From: a virus
Taxonomy: Duplodnaviria; Heunggongvirae; Uroviricota; Caudoviricetes
Virus record (IMG/VR): IMGVR_UViG_3300042892_004166
Coordinates: 15,097 to 79,096 of that record
Reading direction: 5' to 3' (one strand)
DNA: 64,000 bases
Shown here: positions 35,244 through 45,103 of the stretch, in pieces
How positions within the stretch are numbered: the stretch's first letter is position 1
Layout of the letters: each line of letters starts with the position of its first letter
Position numbers and translations under genes: made by a program
The notes under the pieces: generated by a model
Database searches by the model: none
The model's input: only the letters and a program-made list of their open reading frames with translations
What the model was told of the DNA's origin: nothing

Positions 35244-35247
35244 AATT

Positions 35248-35391
35248 ATGAAATACATTTCAATAGCACTTATATACATAGCATTCTTTGGTTTAATCGG
35301 AGGTGCATGTTATTTTACAAGTTCAGGATTGCCGTTATGGGCACTAATATTTACTCCACAATGGTCTTCAAAATCTGACGATGATGAATAG
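35248..35391 (+). CDS. Small membrane protein (47 aa)
   Basis: Hand-translated. Confidence 0.25.
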   Translation: MKYISIALIYIAFFGLIGGACYFTSSGLPLWALIFTPQWSSKSDDDE

Positions 35392-35674
35392 TAGAAACCA
35401 ATTCTTAGAAATCGATGGCTTATATTTTGAGTCTGGAACACATGAATGGTTCCATGATAAAACAACCACCAATTACGCCCAAACCGATAATGGTATTTTT
35501 AAAGATGCCCTAAAAAATATCTATTGTTTTGTTACAAGAAGTAAAGAAACTGGAGAATATGATAGAGTAATGATGGACTCAAAAACTAATGAGGTTATCT
35601 ATGATACAAAATCATTAGAAGCAATGGGTGCTGAAATTGACAAACTAAAGTTAATGAAACGATTTAAAATTTAA
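35381..35674 (+). CDS. Hypothetical protein
   Basis: ORF track. Confidence 0.4.
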   Translation: MMNSRNQFLEIDGLYFESGTHEWFHDKTTTNYAQTDNGIFKDALKNIYCFVTRSKETGEYDRVMMDSKTNEVIYDTKSLEAMGAEIDKLKLMKRFKI

Positions 35675-35676
35675 AC

Positions 35677-35913
35677 ATGGAAGCAACAGACGCACTAGGA
35701 AATCCAATTGAAATTGGACAAAGATACGGATATTCACAACAAAGTAGCGGACATGTTACTATAGTTGTAGGAACTGTCGAAAGGGTAAATGAACTTAAAG
35801 TAACATTGAACAATGTGCAAGAACGTAGAGGTCTTTGGGGAAAGATAACTGAATCATTTAGTACAGAAACAAGAAGACGTTCTGTTAATGCATGTCACCT
35901 ATTTAAAATATAA
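35677..35913 (+). CDS. Hypothetical protein
   Basis: ORF track. Confidence 0.35.
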   Translation: MEATDALGNPIEIGQRYGYSQQSSGHVTIVVGTVERVNELKVTLNNVQERRGLWGKITESFSTETRRRSVNACHLFKI

Positions 35914-35917
35914 AAAT

Positions 35918-36352
35918 ATGAACGCAAACGAAACACTTAAGCAAGGATTAGAATATATGAAGAGTCCAGAAGGACAAAAATCGATGGAAGACTATTTTAA
36001 TAAACTTGCCCAACGGGACGCTATCGAACAGGCAAGAGCCAAGAGGTTATTAGAAATGTATGGTGTTTGTGACGATTCTACCTTTGATTATTTAATGTTG
36101 GACATTTTAGTGAAGCAGGAGAAATATGATGCAAGACACTACTCAACATACGCTGAAAGACCCCTACACCTTATGAATTTAATGTGGGAAATTGCATCAA
36201 AAGAAGGTGTTGAAATAGACCCAATCGATGGTCTAACCGAGAACTTCTCTTCAATGGTTTATGATTTTTATGGGTACCAATTCGCAATCACGCACGGGCA
36301 GGGTTCAGTGTTGAGCGTTTACCGTCAAAATGAATTAAGATACCGTAGCTAA
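35918..36352 (+). CDS. Hypothetical protein
   Basis: Start set to ATG 35918 after the upstream stop. Confidence 0.4.
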   Translation: MNANETLKQGLEYMKSPEGQKSMEDYFNKLAQRDAIEQARAKRLLEMYGVCDDSTFDYLMLDILVKQEKYDARHYSTYAERPLHLMNLMWEIASKEGVEIDPIDGLTENFSSMVYDFYGYQFAITHGQGSVLSVYRQNELRYRS

Positions 36353-36720
36353 TGAAGATTAAAGAACTATTAAATCGTGAAGTTGACCTAAAAACCTTTT
36401 TGTTAACCGGACCTCTTGGAGCAATCTATAGTATGTTTAGCCGTAAGATTATTAAAGAGTCTAAAAATACTAATATCGTATATGATATTCGACATGGCAA
36501 ACCAGTTGTTATCCAATCCGAAAAATACATGAATCAATATGACAAAACATATGGAGCTGGAGAGGCAATGAGACCCGGATTCGCACTTGATTCTGTTAAG
36601 TATGGAATGAAACGTGAAATTTGCGACCAAATTATGAAGAGCGACCTATTCGAATGGTCAATTGATGAAACTATAACAGGAACCCGAGTTGCTGCCAGAA
36701 TAATTGTTAATAAGTTTTAA
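36352..36720 (+). CDS. Hypothetical protein
   Basis: ORF track. Confidence 0.4.
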   Translation: MKIKELLNREVDLKTFLLTGPLGAIYSMFSRKIIKESKNTNIVYDIRHGKPVVIQSEKYMNQYDKTYGAGEAMRPGFALDSVKYGMKREICDQIMKSDLFEWSIDETITGTRVAARIIVNKF

Positions 36721-36727
36721 AAATAAA

Positions 36728-36787
36728 TTGATTAAAGTTTTACCGATTAAAAACTTTTGTTTATATTTACATATAATTAAAAACAAC
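36728..36787 (+). promoter_or_regulatory. Intergenic cassette copy (short variant)
   Basis: AGTTTTACCGATTAAAAAC + TTGTTTATATTTACATATAATTAAAAAC. ATG at 36795. Confidence 0.5.
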
Positions 36788-36794
36788 ATATCAG

Positions 36795-37667
36795 ATGATA
36801 ATATTAGACTTGGTTAACCCAGAAAAATCACAGATTAAATACAAAATTAGTCAATTTCCTGACGGTCAGCAAACAGTAGACCTTACGGATTGGAAAGACT
36901 TATTAAGATACGAAGACGCTGTGAAAATCAATTCACGTTTAAATACCTTTAAAGACTTAGAACTGATTATTTGCGCAACTGCAGCCGTTCGTAATATTAA
37001 ACCAACCAGAGAAATTGCACTTTATGTTCCTTATTTTATAGGAGCCCGTTCAGACCGTAAATTTGTTGAAGGCGGAGTTAATTACTTAAAGCAAGTTATT
37101 TGCCCAATTATCAATTCCTTAAACTTTGTAACAGTAATTACATTAGACCCTCATTCAGATGTTTTAGAAGCATGTTTGAATAACTACGAGAAGGTAGATA
37201 ATCACACACTTGCAAAACATGCACTATCAAAGATTGATAATAAGATTGGTGCCCAAGACAGAATTTGTTTAGTAAGTCCAGATGCTGGAGCCTACAAAAA
37301 AATCTATGATGTTGCAAAGAAGTTTGGAATTGAAAATATTATTACCGCAACTAAGGTCCGTGATATGCGAAGTGGAAATATTCTAAGAACTGAGATTCCT
37401 ACATTGAATCAACACGATGACTTAAAATATGTTATCATTGATGATATCTGCGATGGTGGTAGAACCTTTATTGAACTTGCAAAAGCAATCAAAGGAAGCA
37501 GACCAACTGCTAAAGTTTATCTAGTAGTAACTCATGGTATTTTTAGCACCGGATTTGGAGAATTAAACAAATACTTCGAAGGCATTTATACTACAAATTC
37601 TCATAGAAATGTTGCAGATAATGAATATGAACAAAAAACAAACACAACACAATTTAACGTAATATAA
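36795..37667 (+). CDS. Ribose-phosphate pyrophosphokinase family enzyme (PRPP synthetase; could equally be an ADP-ribose pyrophosphokinase, Adps-type)
   Basis: N-terminal FPDGQQTV. Phosphoribosyl-binding loop VIIDDICDGGRT. Overall Prs architecture. Confidence 0.7.
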   Translation: MIILDLVNPEKSQIKYKISQFPDGQQTVDLTDWKDLLRYEDAVKINSRLNTFKDLELIICATAAVRNIKPTREIALYVPYFIGARSDRKFVEGGVNYLKQVICPIINSLNFVTVITLDPHSDVLEACLNNYEKVDNHTLAKHALSKIDNKIGAQDRICLVSPDAGAYKKIYDVAKKFGIENIITATKVRDMRSGNILRTEIPTLNQHDDLKYVIIDDICDGGRTFIELAKAIKGSRPTAKVYLVVTHGIFSTGFGELNKYFEGIYTTNSHRNVADNEYEQKTNTTQFNVI

Positions 37668-37668
37668 C

Positions 37669-37863
37669 ATGTCAAAAAAACCAAAAACAATATTTGTAGA
37701 GCAATTAGTATTAGTTCAGGACCCAATTTTAGGCTCTAAATATGAACTACAAACGGTAGAAGTAGTAGAATCAGAATTCTTTCAGCATCTTGGAATTGAT
37801 GCAACTACCGAACTAGAAAGGATATTAACTGAAGAAATTAAGAAAGCAACTGATGAACAATAG
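37669..37863 (+). CDS. Small hypothetical protein
   Basis: ORF track. Confidence 0.35.
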   Translation: MSKKPKTIFVEQLVLVQDPILGSKYELQTVEVVESEFFQHLGIDATTELERILTEEIKKATDEQ

Positions 37864-38356
37864 AGACAATAGAGAATTTAGAATGTACGGACTAGTTCCT
37901 TACAATATTAGTCCAATTCAGCAAGGCATCCAGTTCGGTCATGCTGTTGTTGAATACGGACTTGAATTCTCAGAGACTCCAGAGTACCAGACATGGGCCC
38001 GAAGAGACAAGACCTTTATAATTCTAAATGGAGGTACTACTAACAATACGGCTTTTATCAAAGGAACTCTTAACAATCATTATTTTACATTATATGACCA
38101 ATGCATCCGTATTGGAGAATTCCACGAACCAGATTTGGGAGACCAATTAACTGCCGTAGTTTTCTTAGTTGATGATAGAGTATATGATAAAGTTGCTTGG
38201 CCAGATTATGAAGGAGATGCTATAGAAGAAAAACTAGGAGGTAGAAGTCTTGAAAAACAATTTTATGAATGGAAGATGAATTTTGCCGAAACTGAAGAGG
38301 AAGCAGACCAAATCATATTCCTAAGAGATTTCCTTAAACAATTTAGATTTGCATAA
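37853..38356 (+). CDS. Hypothetical protein, tentatively PTH2-like (peptidyl-tRNA hydrolase 2 fold)
   Basis: Weak: GIQFGHAVVEY resembles the PTH2 AAQCSHA segment. Confidence 0.3.
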   Translation: MNNRDNREFRMYGLVPYNISPIQQGIQFGHAVVEYGLEFSETPEYQTWARRDKTFIILNGGTTNNTAFIKGTLNNHYFTLYDQCIRIGEFHEPDLGDQLTAVVFLVDDRVYDKVAWPDYEGDAIEEKLGGRSLEKQFYEWKMNFAETEEEADQIIFLRDFLKQFRFA

Positions 38357-38994
38357 TGGGATATTTGAACGAACAAATAGTATCAGCGATGGGAACAAAC
38401 TATCAAGAAATCCAAGGTGACCTAATCCGTTTGGCAAAACAGGGTACATTTGATGTAATCACCCATGGGTGTAATTGTTTTTGTACTATGGGCGCCGGAA
38501 TAGCGCCTCAAATGGCAGATGCGTTTGGATGCGATGAATTTGAAATGGAACTAACTCAATATATTGAGTATGACGACGAGGGTTACGAGCATTTGGTAAA
38601 AACCAAAAATCGTGGAGACATTAATAAACTTGGTACTATTGATTATCAACACCAATATCTATGGTTTAAGCATCCATCGGTTACAGAACCCGGAGTTGCA
38701 GTTCCAATGAACTCAAAGTCATCAGGTCAACCAGGTGTTAAAGATATTATAGTTGTGAATTCATACACACAGTACAATTATGGTGCTAACCATAAAGATG
38801 GTGTTGCCAAGCCAATTGATTATGAGGCACTTGCGCTTTGTCTACGTAAAATCAATAAGACTTTTGCAGGTAAACGTATTGGACTTCCAAAAATTGGAGC
38901 CGGACTGGCTGGTGGAGATTGGAACAGGATTAAAAACATTATTCAAACAGAATTAAGGGACATGCAAGTGTCAGTTGTAATTTATAAACCATGA
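38356..38994 (+). CDS. Macro-domain-like (ADP-ribose binding/processing) protein
   Basis: FDVITHGCNCFCTMGAGIAPQMADAFG resembles the macro-domain NAAN...GGGV.GAI..AAG segment. Confidence 0.45.
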   Translation: MGYLNEQIVSAMGTNYQEIQGDLIRLAKQGTFDVITHGCNCFCTMGAGIAPQMADAFGCDEFEMELTQYIEYDDEGYEHLVKTKNRGDINKLGTIDYQHQYLWFKHPSVTEPGVAVPMNSKSSGQPGVKDIIVVNSYTQYNYGANHKDGVAKPIDYEALALCLRKINKTFAGKRIGLPKIGAGLAGGDWNRIKNIIQTELRDMQVSVVIYKP

Positions 38995-39185
38995 GAAATT
39001 ATAAAGTAATACACAAGCACGATGGTAATACTACCATACAAAAAATTGAATGCCGAGAAATGACAATTGAACATAGTTCTTATTGCTTTTGGACTGGAGA
39101 TTATGGAGCAACCAATAGGCTTGCATGGGCATTTCCAATTATGTTTACAATTGTAGAAGGTTTACCAGACCCTGAAGAAATTTAA
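38991..39185 (+). CDS. Small hypothetical protein
   Basis: ORF track. Confidence 0.35.
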   Translation: MRNYKVIHKHDGNTTIQKIECREMTIEHSSYCFWTGDYGATNRLAWAFPIMFTIVEGLPDPEEI

Positions 39186-39254
39186 CATAATTTTAACACT
39201 CCCAATTTTACCGATTTAAAACTATTGATTATATTTACATTATAATTAAAACAG
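39181..39254 (+). promoter_or_regulatory. Intergenic cassette copy
   Basis: TTTAACATAATTTTAACAC ... TTGATTATATTTACATTATAATTAAAAC. ATG at 39262. Confidence 0.55.
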
Positions 39255-39261
39255 ATACACT

Positions 39262-39507
39262 ATGACAGAATTACAAAAATGGGAAGCAGTTAATCAATGT
39301 AAAAATGCAAAACAATTAGCAGATTTAATTCTATCCTTTGCAGATTCTTTAGGAATGATACTAGGAAGAGATAGTTTTCATGATGCAACTGAAATGTCTA
39401 ATAATGTTATGGTTGTTATGCGTGATGATTATGCAGACCGCTTACTTACCCGAGAGTATGGAATTAGACAACAAGCAATTTATTTAAGAACAATATCTAA
39501 ATATTAA
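39262..39507 (+). CDS. Hypothetical protein
   Basis: ORF track. Confidence 0.4.
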   Translation: MTELQKWEAVNQCKNAKQLADLILSFADSLGMILGRDSFHDATEMSNNVMVVMRDDYADRLLTREYGIRQQAIYLRTISKY

Positions 39508-39511
39508 TACT

Positions 39512-41041
39512 ATGAACCCATTATTTTTAACAGACGGTTACAAAACAGGACATCACCAACAATATCCAAAAGGGACTACGTTGGTCTATTCGAACTTTAC
39601 TCCTCGTAGTAATAAATATGCTCCTAAAGGTTGCAACCAACTAGTAAGTTTCGGCCAACAAATGGTAATGAAACAAATCCACGAGGCTTTTGACAAAGAT
39701 TTCTTTAGCAAACCAAAAGACAAAGTTTGTGGCGAAATGAAAAACGAATTGTCAATGTACTTAAATACTGACTACGATGTTAGCCACTTTGAAGCCCTAC
39801 ATGATTTGGGTTACCTACCAATCGCAGTTAAATCGATTGAGGAAGGAGCTACAGTACCAATGAGAGTACCTGTCTTGACAATTTACAACACACATCCAGA
39901 TTTCTATTGGATTACCAATTACTTGGAGACAGTTATTTCTAACTTGTTATGGAAACCAATGACAAGTGCAACTATTTCCCATGCTTACCGTAAATTATTT
40001 ACAGAATGGCAATTAAAAACTGATGCCGAAAAAGGTTGGTTCGTAGATTGGCAAGCCCATGATTTCTCAATGAGAGGTATGGACTCTATAGATGCTACAA
40101 TCTCTTCAGGATTAGGACACTTAACAAGTTTCTCTGGTTCAGATAGTTTACCTGCAATCTTTGGAGCCCGTAAATATTACAATGAAACTGGATTTGTATC
40201 TGGTTCGGTAAATGCAACAGAGCACTCAGTAATGTGTGCTGGAAGTAAAGATGATGAGATTGGAACCTTCCGTAGATTATTGGAGACATATCCAACAGGA
40301 ATTCTTTCAGTAGTTTCTGACACATGGGACTTATGGAAAGTTTGTACTGAACATATCGTTACCTTAAAAGAGGAAATCCTTGCAAGAGATGGTAAATTAG
40401 TTATTCGTCCTGACTCAGGAGACCCTGTAGATATTATTTGCGGTGCTAATATAATCAAAACAAATGTTCATAGCGATAATGACGTAGTTGCTTACTTAGG
40501 TGGAGTAGCAGAAGTTAATCCTACTGATGAATATTTAAACAAACCAGAAGTAAAAGGTGTTATTGAATTACTTTGGGATGTATTCGGTGGAACTATTAAC
40601 GACCAAGGTTATAAAGTATTAGACCCTCATATTGGAGCAATCTACGGAGACAGTATTACATTAGACCGTGCTGAACAAATCTTCACAAGATTAGAGGCAA
40701 AAGGTTTTGCAAGTACAAACATTGTATTAGGTGTTGGAAGTTTTACATACCAATATAACACTAGAGATACTTTTGGTTTTGCAATGAAAGCCACCTATGT
40801 AGAAGTTGATGGAGTTGGAAGAGAAATCTTTAAAGACCCAATCACTGATGATGGAGTTAAAAAATCTGCAAAAGGTTTATTAAGAGTTGCTGGAGCTGTA
40901 GAAGATAATTTCTACATACTAGAAGACCAATGTACTTGGGAAGATGAAAAGTCTGGATTGTTAAAAACTATCTATTTGAATGGTCAATTTGAAAACCAAA
41001 CAACTCTTACAGAAATTAGAAAACGTTTAACTAATCTATAA
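39512..41041 (+). CDS. nadV: Nicotinamide phosphoribosyltransferase (NAMPT/NadV family)
   Basis: LTDGYKTGHHQQYP matches NAMPT DSYKVTHYKQYP. HDFSMRGMDS matches HDFGYRG. ~500 aa. Confidence 0.8.
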   Translation: MNPLFLTDGYKTGHHQQYPKGTTLVYSNFTPRSNKYAPKGCNQLVSFGQQMVMKQIHEAFDKDFFSKPKDKVCGEMKNELSMYLNTDYDVSHFEALHDLGYLPIAVKSIEEGATVPMRVPVLTIYNTHPDFYWITNYLETVISNLLWKPMTSATISHAYRKLFTEWQLKTDAEKGWFVDWQAHDFSMRGMDSIDATISSGLGHLTSFSGSDSLPAIFGARKYYNETGFVSGSVNATEHSVMCAGSKDDEIGTFRRLLETYPTGILSVVSDTWDLWKVCTEHIVTLKEEILARDGKLVIRPDSGDPVDIICGANIIKTNVHSDNDVVAYLGGVAEVNPTDEYLNKPEVKGVIELLWDVFGGTINDQGYKVLDPHIGAIYGDSITLDRAEQIFTRLEAKGFASTNIVLGVGSFTYQYNTRDTFGFAMKATYVEVDGVGREIFKDPITDDGVKKSAKGLLRVAGAVEDNFYILEDQCTWEDEKSGLLKTIYLNGQFENQTTLTEIRKRLTNL

Positions 41042-41316
41042 TGAATAGACAGTACTCACCAGTACCTTTAATAATAGTAATTTTGGCTGCACTAGTAATC
41101 TTTATGGTTACTAGTTGCAAACCAGATAATTATAAAGACCCACATCAAAATACTAGTGCTAGTCGTTACGAATTAGATAGTACTTCAAAATATTACGATC
41201 AACGCTATAGAGTTTATACTCTTGAAGGTTGCGAGTATATAGTTGCAGGTTCGGGAAGTTCTCGATGGGGTTCACATAAAGGAAATTGTAAAAATCCAAT
41301 ACACGAATGCAAATAA
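41041..41316 (+). CDS. Small lipoprotein
   Basis: Signal peptide + lipobox MVTSC. Confidence 0.4.
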   Translation: MNRQYSPVPLIIVILAALVIFMVTSCKPDNYKDPHQNTSASRYELDSTSKYYDQRYRVYTLEGCEYIVAGSGSSRWGSHKGNCKNPIHECK

Positions 41317-42020
41317 CAATTTACACGGTAGCATATAATGAAGAACTTATGCTACCGTTTTTTATTAAACATTATAGAGCATCATTTCCGGACTGCCGAA
41401 TTGTTGTATACAATAACCAATCAACGGACAGAACTGTAGAAATTGCAAAAGAATTTAATTGTGAGGTTATTCAATACGACACTGGAGATAATTTTTCTGA
41501 TAGAAAAAATCTAGAAATTAAAAACAATTGCTGGAAAGATTCAAAAACCGACTGGAATATTGTCTGTGATGCTGATGAACTTGGTCTCATTACTAGAGAA
41601 CAATTAGAATATGAATCTGGACTGGGAACATCAATAATAAAATTTACCGGTTGGAATATGGTTAATATGTCCGAAGACCCAGCAGATATTAGCATTGATA
41701 CCTTACAATATGGTGAGTATACTCATTATTATAATAAAAGTATTGCATTTGATAAAAGCAAAATCTCTGAAATCAATTTCTATCCAGGATGCCATGAGGC
41801 AGCCCCTCGGGGTGATGTTACATATTCATTAAATCAATATAACCTACTGCATTATAAATATATTGGAGAGGACTATATGGTTAATCGATACCGTCTATTC
41901 CGTTCAAGACTATCGGAAGATAACATAAAACTGGGATGGGGTTACCATTATAATGAAGAAGAGGAAAAACTTCGACAATCATTTAAAATTAAAAAACACA
42001 ACGCAATTAAAATAATATAA
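41307..42020 (+). CDS. Family-2-like glycosyltransferase (GT-A fold)
   Basis: N-terminal ITIYTVAYNEELMLPFF...VVYNNQSTDRT...DTGD is typical of a GT2 start and DxD-like region. Confidence 0.45.
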   Translation: MQITIYTVAYNEELMLPFFIKHYRASFPDCRIVVYNNQSTDRTVEIAKEFNCEVIQYDTGDNFSDRKNLEIKNNCWKDSKTDWNIVCDADELGLITREQLEYESGLGTSIIKFTGWNMVNMSEDPADISIDTLQYGEYTHYYNKSIAFDKSKISEINFYPGCHEAAPRGDVTYSLNQYNLLHYKYIGEDYMVNRYRLFRSRLSEDNIKLGWGYHYNEEEEKLRQSFKIKKHNAIKII

Positions 42021-42022
42021 GT

Positions 42023-42490
42023 ATGCAAGTAATTAAACCAAATAGCAGGTACCAAAACCAAGAAAATAAATGTTCAGTATTTTTAGCCGGTTCTATAGAA
42101 ATGGGAAAGGCAGAAGATTGGCAAAAGAGAATCGAGAACAATTACATTAATACCAATGTAACACTTTACAATCCAAGACGTGATGATTGGGATGCTAGCT
42201 GGACTCAAGAACAATCAAATCCTCAATTTAACCAACAAGTAAACTGGGAAATGAATAGTCTTGAAAATGCAGATATAATCTTCATGTACTTCTCTCCAGA
42301 AACTAAGAGTCCAATTAGTCTCCTAGAATTAGGTTTACATGTCAGAGATAATATTATCGTATGTTGTCCTAAAGGGTTTTGGCGAAAAGGAAATGTCGAC
42401 ATTGTATGTACTCGATATAACATTCCAATCTTTGAAAATCTAGACGATGCGATTGGCGCACTAACCACAAAGATTAATCAAAAACTTTAA
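42023..42490 (+). CDS. Nucleoside 2-deoxyribosyltransferase-like protein
   Basis: SVFLAGSIEMG ... NPRRDDW pattern of the NDT family. Confidence 0.45.
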   Translation: MQVIKPNSRYQNQENKCSVFLAGSIEMGKAEDWQKRIENNYINTNVTLYNPRRDDWDASWTQEQSNPQFNQQVNWEMNSLENADIIFMYFSPETKSPISLLELGLHVRDNIIVCCPKGFWRKGNVDIVCTRYNIPIFENLDDAIGALTTKINQKL

Positions 42491-42561
42491 CATAATTTTA
42501 ACACTCCAGATTTTACGGTCTGGAGTTTTTTGTTTATATTTACATTATAATTAAAACAAAC
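42485..42561 (+). promoter_or_regulatory. Intergenic cassette copy with hairpin CTCCAGAttttacggTCTGGAG
   Basis: Core TTGTTTATATTTACATTATAATTAAAACAAAC. ATG at 42567. Confidence 0.6.
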
Positions 42562-42566
42562 AAATT

Positions 42567-43307
42567 ATGGCAAAGATTTACCGTGTTGGAGGATGTATTC
42601 GAGATAAATTCCTTGGATTGGACTCTAAAGATATAGATTTCACTTTCGTGTTGGAAGATACTAAAGGTTTTACGGTTGAGGATGGTTTTCAAATCATGAC
42701 AAACTGGATGACGGACCAAGGTTTTGAAATCTTCTTAAGTACTCCAGATTGTTTTACGATTCGTGCTAAGTTTCCAAAAGACCATCAGTTCGCCGGACTG
42801 GTTGCAGATTTTGTAATGGCCCGTAAAGAGGTTGGATATGTTGAAGGAACCCGTAGACCTATCCTAGAACTTGGAACATTGGAAGACGATTTAATTCGTA
42901 GAGATTTTACCCTAAACGCCCTTGCAGAAGATGTTGATGGTAATCTTATTGACCTATTCGGTGGAGTAGAGGACTTAAAGGCTGGAATTTTAAGAACTCC
43001 GATGCACGCTAGCGCTACCCTAATGGATGACCCACTTCGTTTGCTAAGAGCACTAAGATTTACTATCACTAAAGATTTTCAAATGCACGCTGATATTTGG
43101 AATGCGATGAAGCAACCAAACATTTTACAGAAACTAGAACAAACTGTAAGTGGAGAGAGAATCAGAGAGGAAATCATAAAAATGATGAAACATGATACTC
43201 CAAGAAGTTTTAGACTACTTGCTGACGTTGACCAAGATATTCCAGGATTCTTAGATTTAATCTTTAAAAATGGGATGTGGCTGAAACCAACTTTTGAAAA
43301 AATATAA
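42567..43307 (+). CDS. tRNA nucleotidyltransferase (CCA-adding enzyme) / poly(A) polymerase head domain
   Basis: YRVGGCIRDKFLG...DIDF (GGxVRD...DxD). RRDFTLNA. LFGGVEDL. DDPLRLLRALRF. Confidence 0.75.
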   Translation: MAKIYRVGGCIRDKFLGLDSKDIDFTFVLEDTKGFTVEDGFQIMTNWMTDQGFEIFLSTPDCFTIRAKFPKDHQFAGLVADFVMARKEVGYVEGTRRPILELGTLEDDLIRRDFTLNALAEDVDGNLIDLFGGVEDLKAGILRTPMHASATLMDDPLRLLRALRFTITKDFQMHADIWNAMKQPNILQKLEQTVSGERIREEIIKMMKHDTPRSFRLLADVDQDIPGFLDLIFKNGMWLKPTFEKI

Positions 43308-43309
43308 TT

Positions 43310-43564
43310 ATGAAAAAGTTTTTAGAATTTATTTGGGAATTGGTTGGACCGACAGTTACGTTTATCGCAGGAATAGTTGCCGGTTTTCTAGGATTAGTTT
43401 GGGTATTTACCGGGTTTGGTGTATTAATATTGTTAGGTCCAGATACATTCCCAACACCAGACTTTGTAAAATGGATTATAGCGATCTTAGATTCTTTCTG
43501 TGCAATCATGATAATCTATAGTTGGATTTACGGAGCTTACAAAAGAGTTTATAAACAAAACTAG
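43310..43564 (+). CDS. Small membrane protein
   Basis: ORF track. Confidence 0.35.
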   Translation: MKKFLEFIWELVGPTVTFIAGIVAGFLGLVWVFTGFGVLILLGPDTFPTPDFVKWIIAILDSFCAIMIIYSWIYGAYKRVYKQN

Positions 43565-43583
43565 TTTTTTAAATATAATACTT

Positions 43584-43871
43584 ATGAAACAACTTGAAGA
43601 CAAAGAAATTTTAATATGTGCATGTCACTCGACTGACCATCAACTTATTATCTTATATGATGAGGATGAGGTTGAAGGACACAGATATCCAACATGTTAC
43701 TTTCATATACATTTAACTAAAAGACCATTTTTGGAACGAGTTAAGTACGGATTAAAATACATTTTTGGAAGACAATGCAACTACGGAGCATTCGATGAAT
43801 TTATATTTAATCCAAAAGATGCCGACAAACTACAAGAACTTGTTAACTATTTAAAAGATTTAAAGAAATGA
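43584..43871 (+). CDS. Hypothetical protein
   Basis: ORF track. Confidence 0.4.
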   Translation: MKQLEDKEILICACHSTDHQLIILYDEDEVEGHRYPTCYFHIHLTKRPFLERVKYGLKYIFGRQCNYGAFDEFIFNPKDADKLQELVNYLKDLKK

Positions 43872-45103
43872 AAAAAATTGTTTTTTATCACACATATCTA
43901 GATGGTAATTACAAAAGTATAATCCAAGACCAATTGACTAAGTTATTTTTAGGTGGTTTATACGATGCATGCGATTCAATACAATTGCATATAGCATCGC
44001 CACATGGAGACAGAATTCAATGGCTTTTAGATATTGTTAAAGACTATAAAAAGATAATTCCAACTGTCATTGAAATTGATAAATCACAATATCCAAGTGA
44101 TTATCGAGAATCTAAAATAACACTGCTAAATCTTAAAAAAATGGCAGATGAAGTTGAAGGATATTATTGCTATTTTCATTCAAAGGGCGTTACTACCCGC
44201 GAAATATTTCAAGATGATTGGAGAAATTCATGTGACTGGGTTACATTTTGCGACTGGCTACCTAATATCCAAATGCTAGACGATGGATATGACGCTATTG
44301 GCCCTAATTACAGACGACATGACGAAGGGTATGATCCACATTTTAGTGGAAATTATTGGTGGGCAACCCATAAGCATTTAAGAAACTTAAATGCTGATTT
44401 TTTAATCGATACTACCAATATATACCTAGAAGAATTTTGGATAGGTTCCGTAGAAGCAAACTTTGAATCTACATTCGAATGTGGATCGGTATATCCTCCG
44501 CTAATTGAAACAACTATTAATAAATATATAAAAAACAAAAGTATGCACACTATTTTTACTCCTCAAACTAGAGAATGGCCAAAGTTGGCAACCCAACAAC
44601 CAACAGCTTGGGGAAATATACCAACAATCTTGCAAGATTTAATAAAAAGATCAGGTATAAAAACAGAAAAAGCGATCGAATTCGGCGTTGAATTTGGATA
44701 TTCAACATCTGCCTTTGCAAATTACTTTAATACAGTAGACGGGGTCGATACCTTCGTTGGAGACATACACGCTGGATTAAGAGAAGATATGCTTGAGGCT
44801 ACTAAATCAAATCTTGCGGAATTTACAAATATAAATCTTATTAGAAGTTCATACGAGGATTATATTAAAGATAATCCTGAAGTATATAATATGGCTCATG
44901 TTGATATTATACACACATACGAAGATACTTACAAGTGCGGGGAATGGTGTGTTCAACATGCAGAAATTACCGTTTTTCATGATACCTTGTCCTTTCCAGA
45001 AGTGTATAAGGCATGCGAAGATTTAAGTATTAAATACAATCTTAATTTCTATAATTATGAAGAATCTCACGGTTTAGGAATACTTACAAAATTAAAACTT
45101 TAA
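43868..45103 (+). CDS. Two-domain hypothetical protein; C-terminal half resembles a class I SAM-dependent methyltransferase
   Basis: AIEFGVEFGYSTSAF (motif I-like) ... VDIIHTYED. Confidence 0.35.
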   Translation: MKKIVFYHTYLDGNYKSIIQDQLTKLFLGGLYDACDSIQLHIASPHGDRIQWLLDIVKDYKKIIPTVIEIDKSQYPSDYRESKITLLNLKKMADEVEGYYCYFHSKGVTTREIFQDDWRNSCDWVTFCDWLPNIQMLDDGYDAIGPNYRRHDEGYDPHFSGNYWWATHKHLRNLNADFLIDTTNIYLEEFWIGSVEANFESTFECGSVYPPLIETTINKYIKNKSMHTIFTPQTREWPKLATQQPTAWGNIPTILQDLIKRSGIKTEKAIEFGVEFGYSTSAFANYFNTVDGVDTFVGDIHAGLREDMLEATKSNLAEFTNINLIRSSYEDYIKDNPEVYNMAHVDIIHTYEDTYKCGEWCVQHAEITVFHDTLSFPEVYKACEDLSIKYNLNFYNYEESHGLGILTKLKL

